Source: Bacteroidales bacterium (GTDB lineage Bacteria > Bacteroidota > Bacteroidia > Bacteroidales > UBA10428). Taken from it: DNA of 64,000 bases. The notes below the pieces were generated by a model. That model was not told the origin of the DNA. It saw only the letters and a list, made by a program, of their open reading frames with translations, and ran no database searches. The position numbers and the translations under genes are program-made. The stretch is from positions 2,198 through 66,197 of the forward strand of contig JAFGVA010000121.1 in the NCBI GenBank assembly GCA_016938235.1. Reading direction: 5' to 3'. Positions 1-10,562 of this stretch are shown here, piece by piece. The number at the start of each line of letters is the position of its first letter. Position 1 is the stretch's first letter.

Positions 1-864
1 GGTGAAGCAATTTTGCGAAAAGATATTGAAGAAATAGGGCAGGAACTTTATCGTCGCGAATTTCCTTGGGGAATAGTTTCAAATGGATATGCATTGGACA
101 AAAAACGTTTAAATGGTCTTATGAATTCAGGTATGCGTTCAATTACCATTAGTTTAGACGGATTAAAAGATTCACATAACTGGTTAAGGAATAATCCCAA
201 AAGTTTTCAGAAAGCATTCAATGCTATAAAATTATTGACCCAAACCAACGATCTCAGGCACGATGTTGTTACATGTGTCAATCAAAATAATTTTCACGAA
301 TTAGATAAGTTTTACAAACTACTAATATCCATTGGATTAAAAGAATGGAGAATATTTACAATATTCCCTATTGGACGGGCTAAAAATGAGGAATTATTAC
401 AATTAAACCCTGTTCAATTTAAACAACTTTTTGATTTTATAACATTGGTAAGAAAAGAACAAAAGATAAAATTAAGCTATGGCTGTGAAGGATTTTTAGG
501 TAATTATGAAGGCAGCGTTAGAGATAATTTTTTCTTTTGCCGTTCAGGAATCAATATTGCTTCAATACTTGTAGACGGTTCTATATCGGGCTGTCCAAAC
601 TTGAGAGATAATTTTATACAAGGTAATATTTATAAGGACAATTTTGCTGAAATATGGGAAAATAAGTACGAAAAATTTAGAGATAGAAGATGGATGAAAA
701 CAGGAATCTGTTCAGATTGTGAATTTTTCAAATATTGTGAAGGAAATGGAATGCACTTACACGACGAGAAAACTGGTGAATTATTAATGTGTCATTTAAA
801 AAGAATTGAAGAAGGTGAAAAAGTTGCATTAAATAATAAAAAATGTAGGAATTATAGAGCTTGA
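1..864 (+). CDS. Radical SAM/SPASM domain protein, TIGR04133-like (5'-partial)
   Basis: Frame is open from base 1 (GEAILRKD, the GGEP-like motif). Contains ISLDG, WRIFTIFPIGRA and SPASM cysteines (C-x-SG...GC, CSDC-x5-C-x-G, C). The CxxxCxxC motif lies upstream of the window. Confidence 0.85.
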   Translation, partial: GEAILRKDIEEIGQELYRREFPWGIVSNGYALDKKRLNGLMNSGMRSITISLDGLKDSHNWLRNNPKSFQKAFNAIKLLTQTNDLRHDVVTCVNQNNFHELDKFYKLLISIGLKEWRIFTIFPIGRAKNEELLQLNPVQFKQLFDFITLVRKEQKIKLSYGCEGFLGNYEGSVRDNFFFCRSGINIASILVDGSISGCPNLRDNFIQGNIYKDNFAEIWENKYEKFRDRRWMKTGICSDCEFFKYCEGNGMHLHDEKTGELLMCHLKRIEEGEKVALNNKKCRNYRA

Positions 865-949
865 TAAACAGACAAAAGATTGTTTGTGGAAAATAATGAA
901 TATTTAATTCTAGGATATTACAGAACTAATCATTAATTATTTTATTTGA

Positions 950-1920
950 TTGAAAAAGTTGTTAAGCAAGATATTAAATATTATAAGCACTTTTGTTATA
1001 GTTGTACTTTGTGTCCCCACAAGGTCTCAAGTAAATCATTTAAATTGTTATTTTTACATAAATCCCATGTTGATTAATCCTGCAACCTGTGGAGCTGATT
1101 ACCTTACAAAAGCTACATTATCCCATACTAAGCAATGGACAAACATTAACCAGGCCCCGGTAATACTTTAGTTTCCGGTCAGTTCAGAATTGGTAGTTTT
1201 GATTTTTACAATCCAAAGATGTTTTTAAATGATTCGAAGTTTAAATCATTGGAGAGGATAGGAGTGGGGGGCGGCATTTATTCCAATGTTTATGGTCCTT
1301 TTAGAGAAATAAGCTTTTTGCTTGGGTATAGCTATCATATTCCAATCAACGATAACAGTAACCTGTCGTTGGGTATGTCAGCTGTTTTAAACCATTATGG
1401 TGTTAGTAATTCAGATATTAAGCCCAGGGACCCGGGCGATCCGTTGGTAGATTTTGAAAGCCAGCTTTCGGCAAATGCAAGTTTTGGATTGTTTTATTAT
1501 CATAAAAATTATTTTGCCGGGGTATCCTCGACAAATCTTTTTAACACTTCTATTGAGAAAACGGTTGAAAATGAATCACCAAGAAACATCTATGTGGTTG
1601 GTGGCTACAGGTTTTTTCCGGCTGGTAATTTATTTGCCGTTGAACCTAATATAACATATGGTCGCGATTTTGAGAAATCCGAAAATTATTTCGAATATAA
1701 TGCAAAGCTATACCTGATTAAGTTTGGCTGGTTGAGATTAAGCTACTACAAGGAATTTGAAATGAAAATTACCGTTGCATTAAGAATTTATAAATCATTC
1801 TACCTGGCTTATACATTTGCTAATGTTAATAGTGAACTGAATAGCTATACCAACAACACACATGGCATTACAATTGGCAAAAACCTGGGTGTTAACAGGA
1901 ATACAACGAATATCTATTAG
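950..1920 (+). pseudogene. PorP/SprF family T9SS membrane protein, split by a 1-bp frameshift at ~1155-1158
   Basis: ORF 950-1171 carries the PorP N-terminus (signal peptide, Y-x-NPMLINPA-x-x-G, QW..QAP). Adding one C to the CCCC run joins it to GNTLVSGQFRIG... and ORF 1219-1920, which has a beta-barrel pattern (YSYHI, NLSLG, YFAGVS, GTH-like NTHGITIG). Confidence 0.8.
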
Positions 1921-1929
1921 AAACAGGCA

Positions 1930-3903
1930 ATGAATTATTTCAGAATACTAGCATTAATAAGTATCGTTCTTTCCCATAATATTGTTTATGGTCAATCTAT
2001 TAATTTGCATTCTGTATCTGCATACAGATATATTTCTATCGAAAAAGCAGAATATACACTGGATGGAGACTTAATGATTCTGGCAAGAAGGAAGCTTTTA
2101 AATACAGACAATTTTGGCCCTGATGGAACGTACAAAAAGACCATAAACATGTACCATGGCTATACTGAAACAGGAGACCTGGAAACAATTACTGCCAATG
2201 ACAGTGCAGATATCTTTTTCTTCGGATCATTTGATAAGTTGTTACCTGCCTTAAATCAATTCTCTGACGATGAAATTGATTCACTTTATGAATGGTCTAG
2301 AAGGGGTGGGAAGATGATTATTGCAGAGCAATTTAGTTATCAGGAATCTTGGGATTATCGTGTTTTAGAAGACAAATGGGGTTTTAAAATAGCTGAGTTA
2401 AAGCCAGCATATATTTATCCTACCGAATTAGGGAAAACAACTAAAATATTTAATGGACCTTTCGGAAATGTGAGTTTTACTCAAGAAACCGGGATGGCTC
2501 AGGGATATTTTTCAAAAATGCCTGTCAATTCAGTAGTTTTAGGGGTTGACAAAACAGGAGTACCTACACTATATCTTGACTGTAATACAATGGACCTGGT
2601 TGTAGCCGATATTGGAGTTTTTGATGATGTAGCTTTAGAAGATGAATTACCACTTTCTTTTGGTGATGAAATATTAAACGATAAGGACAGGTTCCTCGCT
2701 AATGTGTTTGCTTTTATGGATAGTATTGACGATGTACCAATGGCAGAGGTGGTTTTTGATGGTACTAATCTGAATACAGGGAATTTTAATTCTTATCAGT
2801 GGTACCGAAATTGGGATACCCTGAATGGGTTGAATACATCTTCATTAACTCCTGGTGATGATGGATATTACTGGGTAGTTGTAAAAAATAAGCAAGGATG
2901 TGCTGATTCTTCTGAGGTTTTTATGCAGGGGAATATTACTAATCCGGTAATAAAATGTCCCGATGATATAGTGACTTCAACTGATAAAAGACGAAACTTT
3001 GCAACAATACCTCTGACTGCTCCTGAAATTCTTGATGGTTATGGCATTGACACCATTATTTCTGATGCCCCGGATACTTTTTTTGTTGGAGATTATGAGA
3101 TCACATGGACAGTAATAAATACTGAAGGTTACAGTTCAACATGTATTCAACAAATAACAGTATTTGATAATGAAGCTCCTTTAATAAAGTGTTACGATGA
3201 TATTGAATTGTATAATGACTCCGGTAAAAGTTTTGCAGTATATAACATATCTCCTCCACAATATAGAGAAAATGTATTTTTTGAGGAACTAATAAAAAAC
3301 ACATCAGATACCTTTCAAATCGGAACAACCGAGGTAGTATGGACAGCTATTGATAGTTCAGGGAACTATAGTCAGTGTAGCCAGTTGGTTACCGTTTATG
3401 ACAATGAAGCTCCAGAAATCTTTTGCCCGGAAGATATTCTTACCTATACTACTTATGGGAATTATTATGTTTCGGTTTCACTTGATACGCCAACATTTTT
3501 TGAAAATCATCTACTTGTTTCACTTTTCGGTAATGCGGATAGTTTATTCCCAATAGGAACAACTTACATATCCTGGACAGCTGTTGATAGTTCGGGAAAC
3601 AAATCCACTTGTGAACAGGCAATAACTGTTGTTGAAACAACAGAGCTGAGGGTTCCAAATATTATAACGCCCAATGGCGATGGCCTAAATGACTACCTTG
3701 AGATTGATGGATTGCCGGAGAATACTGAACTGATAATATTTAACGATAAAAACCAGATTCTTTATAAAACCGACAATTACCAGAACAACTGGGATGGAAG
3801 GGATAACGATGGGAATCCTATACTTAGCGGTACTTATTGATACAGCTTAACAGTTTTACAGGATGTGCAGTACAGTGGTTTTATAGTGATAAAAAGAGAA
3901 TAA
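1930..3903 (+). pseudogene. Secreted HYR-repeat protein with gliding-motility (CHU_C, type-B T9SS) C-terminal domain, interrupted by in-frame TGA at 3838-3840
   Basis: Signal peptide, three HYR-like repeats, then VPNIITPNGDGLND...WDG...GTY*YSLTVLQDVQYSGFIVIKRE* when read through the TGA. The frame closes at TAA 3901-3903. Confidence 0.8.
2935..3640 (+). repeat. Three ~234-bp intragenic HYR-like domain repeats (boundaries approximate)
   Basis: TGGACAG (W-T) anchors at 3106, 3340 and 3574 give a 234-bp period. DNEAP-x-I-x-C and C-x-Q-x-(I/V)TV recur. Confidence 0.8.
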
Positions 3904-4088
3904 AAAAACTTCGGGTTACTTTCTGCCTCATAGGTAAATTTTCCCAGACAAACCCTCTACAAAAACAAACTTTGACTACATCAACTTTTCGCCTCCTGCC
4001 TGGGTTTTTAACCTTATTAAGTGTGCTGTTTTGATTTTCTGTCTTTTAGAGTAAGGGTATTATAATTATCATACTCATTTAGTAACAT

Positions 4089-4118
4089 TTTGCTATGAGA
4101 AACAAATAGCTAATTTTG
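4089..4118 (+). promoter_or_regulatory. Bacteroidota sigma70-type promoter (-33 TTTG / -7 TAnnTTTG)
   Basis: TTTG at 4089-4092 and TAATTTTG at 4111-4118, upstream of the CotH gene. Confidence 0.5.
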
Positions 4119-4166
4119 TCGTACACATAATAGATGTTGAAAATCTAATTATTAGGAGAGTAAAAG

Positions 4167-7100
4167 GTGAGATTAAAAAGACATTTGCCACTATGGATAA
4201 CTTTCATAGCCGGTTTTAGTATTGCAATAAATCTGAAAGCCCAAATAAATTTTCCCGAGGGGTCATCATACAAGTTTTTAAAAGGGAGTGAAGCATTGTC
4301 TTTGTCTTCAAATTGGATGCAACCCGGCTTCGATGACTCATCCTGGCCAACAGCAAGTGCTCCGTTTTGGTATGGCGATGGTTCGGGTGGAACAGAAATA
4401 ACCGATATGATGAACGCCTATTCTACCTTTTATTTAAGAACAACTTTCGATGCTGCCACGGTAAAAAACATAAATCAAATTAATGTAAGTACCGATTATG
4501 ACGACGGATTTATTGTTTGGGTAAATGGACAGGAAGCTTTTCGCAGGTATGCTCCCGAAATACCCTCTTATAATGCTTTTGCCACAGAACTGCATGAGTC
4601 AGGTACGCCTGAAAACTTTATAGCCGATTCTTTTATGGTAAAACTTGTTGAAGGGACTAACCTGTTAGCTGTGCAGGTATTTAACGAGAACCTGGCAAGT
4701 TCCGATATTCATTTTGATATTTCATTATCAGCTGAGCCTTCTGCAGCAGTGCTTCAGGATACTGTTGGCATTACCTTTTCTCATCCGGCCGGTATGTACG
4801 GTTCGCCATTTACGCTTACGCTTACATCTCCCGATGCCACTGCAAACCTGGTTTATACGCTTGATGGAAGTAATCCTCAATATTCAGCCACAGCAATTAC
4901 CGCAGGAGCAAACGCCAGTGTTTCAATTGATCCTGCAAGTACCACCGGCCGACCTGCAACTCCGGCTGTAACGGTGAGGGCATCTATAATTAAAAACGGT
5001 TATCTGGCCAGCATACCAAGAACCCGCACCTACATATTTTTAGATAAAGTTTTGTCTCAGTCTTATCCGGGAGGTTCATGGCCCGACTACGATGTAAATG
5101 GTCAGATTATTGATTTGGAAATGGACTCCAAAATTGTTAATGACTCACGATACAGTGGCAAGGTTGATGATGCTTTGCTTGATATTCCTTCCATTTCTAT
5201 TGTAACCGATAATGAGAACATGTTCGATGCAGGTAGCGGAATTTATGTTAATGCCTGGGGCCATGGTATTAATTGGGAAAAGATGTGTTCGGTCGAACTC
5301 ATTAATCCCGATGGTACAGAGGGATTTAATGTTAACGCAGGAATAAGGATCCGTGGAGGTTGGAGCCGACACAATGATTTTCCGAAACATGCATTTCGTT
5401 TATTTTTCAGACAGGAATACGGTTTTAGCAAGTTGGAATACCCTTTGTTTGGTGATGAGGGGGTTGATGAATATGATAAAATAGATTTACGCACAGCTCA
5501 GAATTATGCCTGGTCAAACGGAGAATGGAATCATATGACAATGGTCAGGGAGGTTTTTTCAAGAGATTGCCAGCGCGATATGGGGCAGCCTTATACCCGC
5601 AGCAGATATTACCATCTGTATCTTAATGGTATGTATTGGGGTGTTTTTCAGACCCAGGAACGTTCTGAAGCCAGGTATGCTTCCGACTATTTTGGGGGTA
5701 ATAAGGAAGACTATGATGTTGTAAAGGTTAGTACCGAAAACTGGGAATACAGGGTTGAAGCAACAGATGGCGTCCTTTCAACCTGGCAACAAATTTATAA
5801 TATGTGTCATGGAGGTTTTGCTTCAAACGAAGCTTATTTTAATTTGGAAGGTAAAAACCAGTATGGTGATTATGTCCCGGGTAAACAGGTGTATGTCGAT
5901 ATTGATAATCTCATAGATTACATGTTGACCATTTTTTATACCGGTAATTTTGATGCACCTACTTCGTCGTTTGGCAACAATCAGGGGCCAAATAATTTTT
6001 ATGCCCTATTCAATCGCGATGACGATTCAAAAGGATTCGTTTTTTTTAATCACGATGCCGAACATGCCTTGATGATTGATGAGGTTAACCCCGGAATTGG
6101 ACTTTATGAAAACAGGGTAACCCTGGAAGGAATGAATGTTTCAGGTGTAACAGGATTTCATCCTCAGTGGCTGCACGAAAAACTTACAGCAAACAAGGAA
6201 TACAGGCAAAGGTTTATCGATCGGGTAGCCAGGCATATGACTGCTGGTGGGGCACTCACCGAAGAAAAATGCCTGGAAAGATTTAATAAACGGGTTGACG
6301 AACTTGATATGGCAATTATTGCTGAATCTGCCAGATGGGGCGACTCTAAATCGGATTATGCAAGAAATAAAAATGACCAATGGCTGCCGGAAATAAACAG
6401 AATAAGAAATGAATTCTTCCCGGTTAGAACAGACATTGTTCTCGACCAGATGAGAGATGCGGGTATATGGACAAATATTCTGCCACCTGATGCATATATT
6501 TCGGGCAGTTTGCTCAGAGAGTTAAGGTATAATATTTCAGGTAGCGAAGTTGTTACGCTTAAAAACCCGAAATCTGAGGGAACAATATATTACACGCTTG
6601 ATGGTATCGACCCGCGTATGACAGGCGGAGCAATTTCCACCAGAGCTATCCAATACAACAACGAGAATATTATGCTAAACGGTTCTGCCCTTATTAAAGC
6701 AAGAATTTATAACAACGGTTCCTGGAGCGGAATTCGCGAAATAACCTTTGTATCAAGAAGAGATGATTTATCGAAACTAAAAGTTACGGAGCTGCATTAT
6801 CATCCCGAAGATATAATTGACGGGCAAGATACAACTAATGGCAAGTCGTATGAATTTATTGAATTTAAAAATATTGGAGAAACAGCATTAAATCTTTCAG
6901 GTTTGGTTCTGGACTCAGCTGTATACTATGAGTTTCCAAACGGAGTTATTTTACCACCCTATAAGTTTTATGTGATTGCCACCAAGCCAAAATATTTCTT
7001 TCAAAAATATGGCAGAACACCTTCCGGAAATTGTGAAGGATTCTTTGATAATTCAGGCGAATTTGTTTTACTGAATGATTCACAGGGAAATGAAATCCTC

Positions 7101-7538
7101 TCCTTTACTTATTTTGATGATTCACCCTGGCCTGAAACCCCTGATGGCGAGGGTGCTTCGCTTGTGGCAATCGAAAAATATCCGACAAACGATCCGAATG
7201 AATATATTTACTGGAGAGCATCAACCGTTCTGAATGGTTCACCATTCTCCGATGACCAGTCAATTACTGATGTTGAAGCCATAACATATACAACGGGAAA
7301 CTACACTGTTTATCCGAATCCAACTTCAGGTTTATTATTCCTGACATACCAGGGCGATGGTTTTAATGATGCACTTGTTCGCATTTCAGATGTCAGTGGA
7401 TCAACAGTTTATGCTACATCAATAATTGGTGCGATTACTATAGATTTTGGAAGCTTAGGAGTTGCACCCGGAGTTTATATAATAAATATAAGGGAAGACA
7501 ATCAAAGTCAAACATTTAAAGTAGTTTATACTCCCTAA
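4167..7538 (+). CDS. CotH-family kinase with Fn3/chitobiase-associated and lamin-tail domains and type-A T9SS CTD
   Basis: Signal peptide; two YTLDGS/YTLDGI Fn3-assoc motifs; CotH motifs (IRIRGGWSR, PKHAFRLFFR, HLYLNGMYWG..ER, N-x-D, D-x-E); lamin-tail TELHYHP..EFIEFKN; C-terminal YPNPT...GVYII..FKVV. Confidence 0.85.
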   Translation: MRLKRHLPLWITFIAGFSIAINLKAQINFPEGSSYKFLKGSEALSLSSNWMQPGFDDSSWPTASAPFWYGDGSGGTEITDMMNAYSTFYLRTTFDAATVKNINQINVSTDYDDGFIVWVNGQEAFRRYAPEIPSYNAFATELHESGTPENFIADSFMVKLVEGTNLLAVQVFNENLASSDIHFDISLSAEPSAAVLQDTVGITFSHPAGMYGSPFTLTLTSPDATANLVYTLDGSNPQYSATAITAGANASVSIDPASTTGRPATPAVTVRASIIKNGYLASIPRTRTYIFLDKVLSQSYPGGSWPDYDVNGQIIDLEMDSKIVNDSRYSGKVDDALLDIPSISIVTDNENMFDAGSGIYVNAWGHGINWEKMCSVELINPDGTEGFNVNAGIRIRGGWSRHNDFPKHAFRLFFRQEYGFSKLEYPLFGDEGVDEYDKIDLRTAQNYAWSNGEWNHMTMVREVFSRDCQRDMGQPYTRSRYYHLYLNGMYWGVFQTQERSEARYASDYFGGNKEDYDVVKVSTENWEYRVEATDGVLSTWQQIYNMCHGGFASNEAYFNLEGKNQYGDYVPGKQVYVDIDNLIDYMLTIFYTGNFDAPTSSFGNNQGPNNFYALFNRDDDSKGFVFFNHDAEHALMIDEVNPGIGLYENRVTLEGMNVSGVTGFHPQWLHEKLTANKEYRQRFIDRVARHMTAGGALTEEKCLERFNKRVDELDMAIIAESARWGDSKSDYARNKNDQWLPEINRIRNEFFPVRTDIVLDQMRDAGIWTNILPPDAYISGSLLRELRYNISGSEVVTLKNPKSEGTIYYTLDGIDPRMTGGAISTRAIQYNNENIMLNGSALIKARIYNNGSWSGIREITFVSRRDDLSKLKVTELHYHPEDIIDGQDTTNGKSYEFIEFKNIGETALNLSGLVLDSAVYYEFPNGVILPPYKFYVIATKPKYFFQKYGRTPSGNCEGFFDNSGEFVLLNDSQGNEILSFTYFDDSPWPETPDGEGASLVAIEKYPTNDPNEYIYWRASTVLNGSPFSDDQSITDVEAITYTTGNYTVYPNPTSGLLFLTYQGDGFNDALVRISDVSGSTVYATSIIGAITIDFGSLGVAPGVYIINIREDNQSQTFKVVYTP

Positions 7539-7562
7539 CAGCAGTTTTTGAAAAAGATACAA

Positions 7563-10520
7563 TCAGGGCTTAAGAATCAGGCCCTGATTTTTTCTTCCGT
7601 CGATAAGCACTTTAAAATACTTTTCAGTTTTTACATGCCTGATAGTATCAGATTCATACCCGGATGATAAGCTGTCGAGAAATTCAAAATCGCAGAACCC
7701 ATCATCGATGTATGGGTTGATTGTGAAGTATCCAACGCCAAAGCTGGTTAAGTTGTGAAAGAAATGAGTACCCTGGCTAGGGTCTACCCTATAGTGTTCA
7801 AGTCCCGATTCGACGATAACCCTTGCTGCTGAAATTTCGGGCCATTTAACCGGAATGCCTAACCAGGGGTCGCTTGAACCCCATCTGCCGGGACCAATTA
7901 ATATATAGTTCTTATTCTCCTTAAGGAATTTTTCGTTTAGTTTTCCCAATTCTTTTACTAGTTTGTTATTGTTAGACGGCTCAAAGCTTTGAGGCTTAAT
8001 GTAAATAATATCGGAAATACCCCTGATGGTTCCGTTGCCCATGGCATTCCGGGAGTACAGAACCGATTTTGATTTGTTTATTTTTCCTTCAAGATCAATA
8101 TTTTCCTTATCAACTGAAACGATCGGACGAACCTGGAGGTAGTTCAGTATTTTAGGTTCTCCTTCCGGAGTATTCAGATTTGCTGCGAACTCTATTTCAA
8201 CATCAGAGTTCATGGCTTCTTTGCTTATAGAAAGTAAATCGTTTAAGATCTCAGCTAAGGGGAATTGATTGTGATTCAGGATGCCTGAAAAGGTAACCAC
8301 TTTTTTGCCTTCATAATAATTTCCGTCTCTAAGCACATTGTTTTCAAAATCATAGGTCGAGGTAACCATACTCAGCGAAGGATTGTTTTCAGCATCTGAA
8401 ATACGAAGTTTTTGCAGATTAACACTGTCTGATGTCGAGGGTATAAACGCTTCTGCATTAAGGTCGAGTGCATAAAAATATTTTTGAGTGTTTTTTAATG
8501 CACTTTCAGGGTTGGCCAGTTGAATTATCCGTTTCGGGTGTTTTGGAGAAAATCTTAAACAGGTACTACCATCAACAATAAGTTTTCCTAAGCCAAAAGC
8601 AACATCAACAATACCGTCCTGAGTTTTTTCAGGCGCAATAGGATAGTAGTTTAGTGAACGAGCCACACCACTTAAAGTAGGGTAGTAGAGATTGTTATGA
8701 ACAGTTCCGCAAACTGCCTGAAGAATAACTCCCATTTTTTCTTCATCAATAAGATTTGATGTGACTGACATGTACGATTTGCTCATTTTATAGTATACCG
8801 AAGCATATACCGATTTTATTGCACGCTCAAGAAGTTGAACCAAAAGACCGGTATTTTTTGTGTGCGGAACCATGTAGGTGTTATAAATTCCTGCAAAAGG
8901 CTGATAAAATGAATCTTCAAGTTTGCTCGATGAACGCACTGCGATGGGCGATTTAGCCAGGCTTGAAATTGTGATGAGTGCCTCACTTATGGAAGATGGA
9001 AGCTTGGCATCAAGAAAATTCTTTAATACAGCTTCGTCCGGAATATCATTTAGTACCACCGAATATAAATTATTCAGAGTCATAAATTCCTCAAAGATGT
9101 CTGTAGTTAGCACAGTTGTTGACGGAATTGTAACGATTACATCAGGGTATTTGCTGAATAATCCTTCCTTTTTAATTACAGAGTTCATAAATGCAAGACC
9201 GCGCGCCTTGCCTCCCAGGTTCCCGTCACCAATTCTTGAAAAGAATACGTAGTCATCGAAGCGACTTTTATCAAACTCGGCAATTACTCCACGAGCCTTA
9301 CTTACACGGTAGCTGGTTATTCCATCGTAGATGTATTTTCTTACAGCATCCGGAGTAGCAAAATCATCGTATTGAGCATCTTTAAATTTCCGTGCAATGG
9401 GAAAAAGTGCCCGGGCATTTAACCATTTCGAAATATCATCGTGGCGGGTATGGTACTCCAGTATTTTATTCGGAATGGAGAGAATCAATTCCTGAAATTC
9501 TTTCAGATTATTTGCTTCTGAAACAACCTCATTGGTTTCAGGATTTATAAAATGAAATGAACCAAATCCAAAGTTTGAAATAACATAATCTTTTAGGTCA
9601 ATCAGCAGGTTTTCGGAATATTTATTCAGGAATCCGGCATCATATACTTTAGCGTATGCTTCGTTCGACGAATCTGATGATTGCAACAAAAAGGGAATAT
9701 TGGGGTCTTCTTTTTTTACTGTCCGGCATAAACGAAGTCCGGCTTTTGTCTTTGTATCCCTTCTGTCAGGGCGGTACTTGTAGCTTACATCCGAGATAAT
9801 ACCAAGCAGGTTGTTTCGGTATTTATTAAATAATTCCAGCGCATTATCATAATTGTTTGCCACAAGAATTTTTGGCCGACCTCTTCTTCGAAGCATTTGC
9901 TGGTGTTCGTTCAATGCCTCTTTCATTACTTCTTTCGATTGCTCCAGAATAATCCGGTATAAATTTGGCAAATAAGACGACATGTACCTTACCGAATCCT
10001 CAACCAGAAGAATGGCCTGCACCCCGATATTTAATATATCGTTCTCGGCATTCATTTTATCTTCAATAAGTTTAATGATGGCCAGAAAAATATCGGTATT
10101 GCCCAGCCAGCAAAAAACATGATCAATACCCGAAAGATCAACTTTCTCCAGTCTGAGCGAAACCTCCCTCGAAAAGTGAGTAAGCACAACAATCGGAGTC
10201 TGCGGGTATTTTTCTTTAAGAAGTTTAGCAAATTTAAAGGTGTCGACATCCTTTATGCTGAGCATGGGGATAATAAGATCGATATCTTCTCTGTCTAAAA
10301 TTAAAAGTGCTTTTTCTGCTGAATCGGCGTGCAGAAAAACAGGCGGATATCTTAGATTCAGCGATACGTACTCGTTAAAAATTTGTTCATCAATACGGCC
10401 ATCCTCTTCGAGGGTAAAAAAATCGTAGTTACTGCACAGCACCAAAACCTTCCTGATTCGTTTCTGCATAAGCAAGTTAAACGAAGTGTCGGAAAAATAA
10501 TATGCTGTCCTGTTACTCAA
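7563..10520 (-). CDS. PEP-synthase-like protein: receiver-like domains plus PEP/pyruvate-binding (ATP-grasp) domain
   Basis: GGKARGLAF, AVRSSSKLEDS..PFAGIY and VEIEFA PPDK_N motifs; N-terminal REC-like segments (ILLVEDS, IISDV); C-terminal GPGRWGS..SQGTHFF. The TTG at 10520 is preferred as start because the ATG at 10562 abuts the korB terminator. Confidence 0.8.
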   Translation of the reverse strand: MSNRTAYYFSDTSFNLLMQKRIRKVLVLCSNYDFFTLEEDGRIDEQIFNEYVSLNLRYPPVFLHADSAEKALLILDREDIDLIIPMLSIKDVDTFKFAKLLKEKYPQTPIVVLTHFSREVSLRLEKVDLSGIDHVFCWLGNTDIFLAIIKLIEDKMNAENDILNIGVQAILLVEDSVRYMSSYLPNLYRIILEQSKEVMKEALNEHQQMLRRRGRPKILVANNYDNALELFNKYRNNLLGIISDVSYKYRPDRRDTKTKAGLRLCRTVKKEDPNIPFLLQSSDSSNEAYAKVYDAGFLNKYSENLLIDLKDYVISNFGFGSFHFINPETNEVVSEANNLKEFQELILSIPNKILEYHTRHDDISKWLNARALFPIARKFKDAQYDDFATPDAVRKYIYDGITSYRVSKARGVIAEFDKSRFDDYVFFSRIGDGNLGGKARGLAFMNSVIKKEGLFSKYPDVIVTIPSTTVLTTDIFEEFMTLNNLYSVVLNDIPDEAVLKNFLDAKLPSSISEALITISSLAKSPIAVRSSSKLEDSFYQPFAGIYNTYMVPHTKNTGLLVQLLERAIKSVYASVYYKMSKSYMSVTSNLIDEEKMGVILQAVCGTVHNNLYYPTLSGVARSLNYYPIAPEKTQDGIVDVAFGLGKLIVDGSTCLRFSPKHPKRIIQLANPESALKNTQKYFYALDLNAEAFIPSTSDSVNLQKLRISDAENNPSLSMVTSTYDFENNVLRDGNYYEGKKVVTFSGILNHNQFPLAEILNDLLSISKEAMNSDVEIEFAANLNTPEGEPKILNYLQVRPIVSVDKENIDLEGKINKSKSVLYSRNAMGNGTIRGISDIIYIKPQSFEPSNNNKLVKELGKLNEKFLKENKNYILIGPGRWGSSDPWLGIPVKWPEISAARVIVESGLEHYRVDPSQGTHFFHNLTSFGVGYFTINPYIDDGFCDFEFLDSLSSGYESDTIRHVKTEKYFKVLIDGRKNQGLILKP

Positions 10521-10562
10521 ATTTATATGTTTATCATATAAATATATAATGAAATACGACAT

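Noticed and set aside
3838-3840. Genome-wide UGA=Trp (or Sec) recoding
   Set aside because: Trp is encoded by TGG throughout and TGA ends several intact genes (rSAM, mutY, gldE, thrA) at their expected C-termini. The position is aromatic rather than Cys, so selenocysteine is not supported.
3837-4034. 65-aa ORF after the HYR protein
   Set aside because: It overlaps the true read-through tail in another frame and has no recognisable motif. A possible IS-end remnant here could not be supported.
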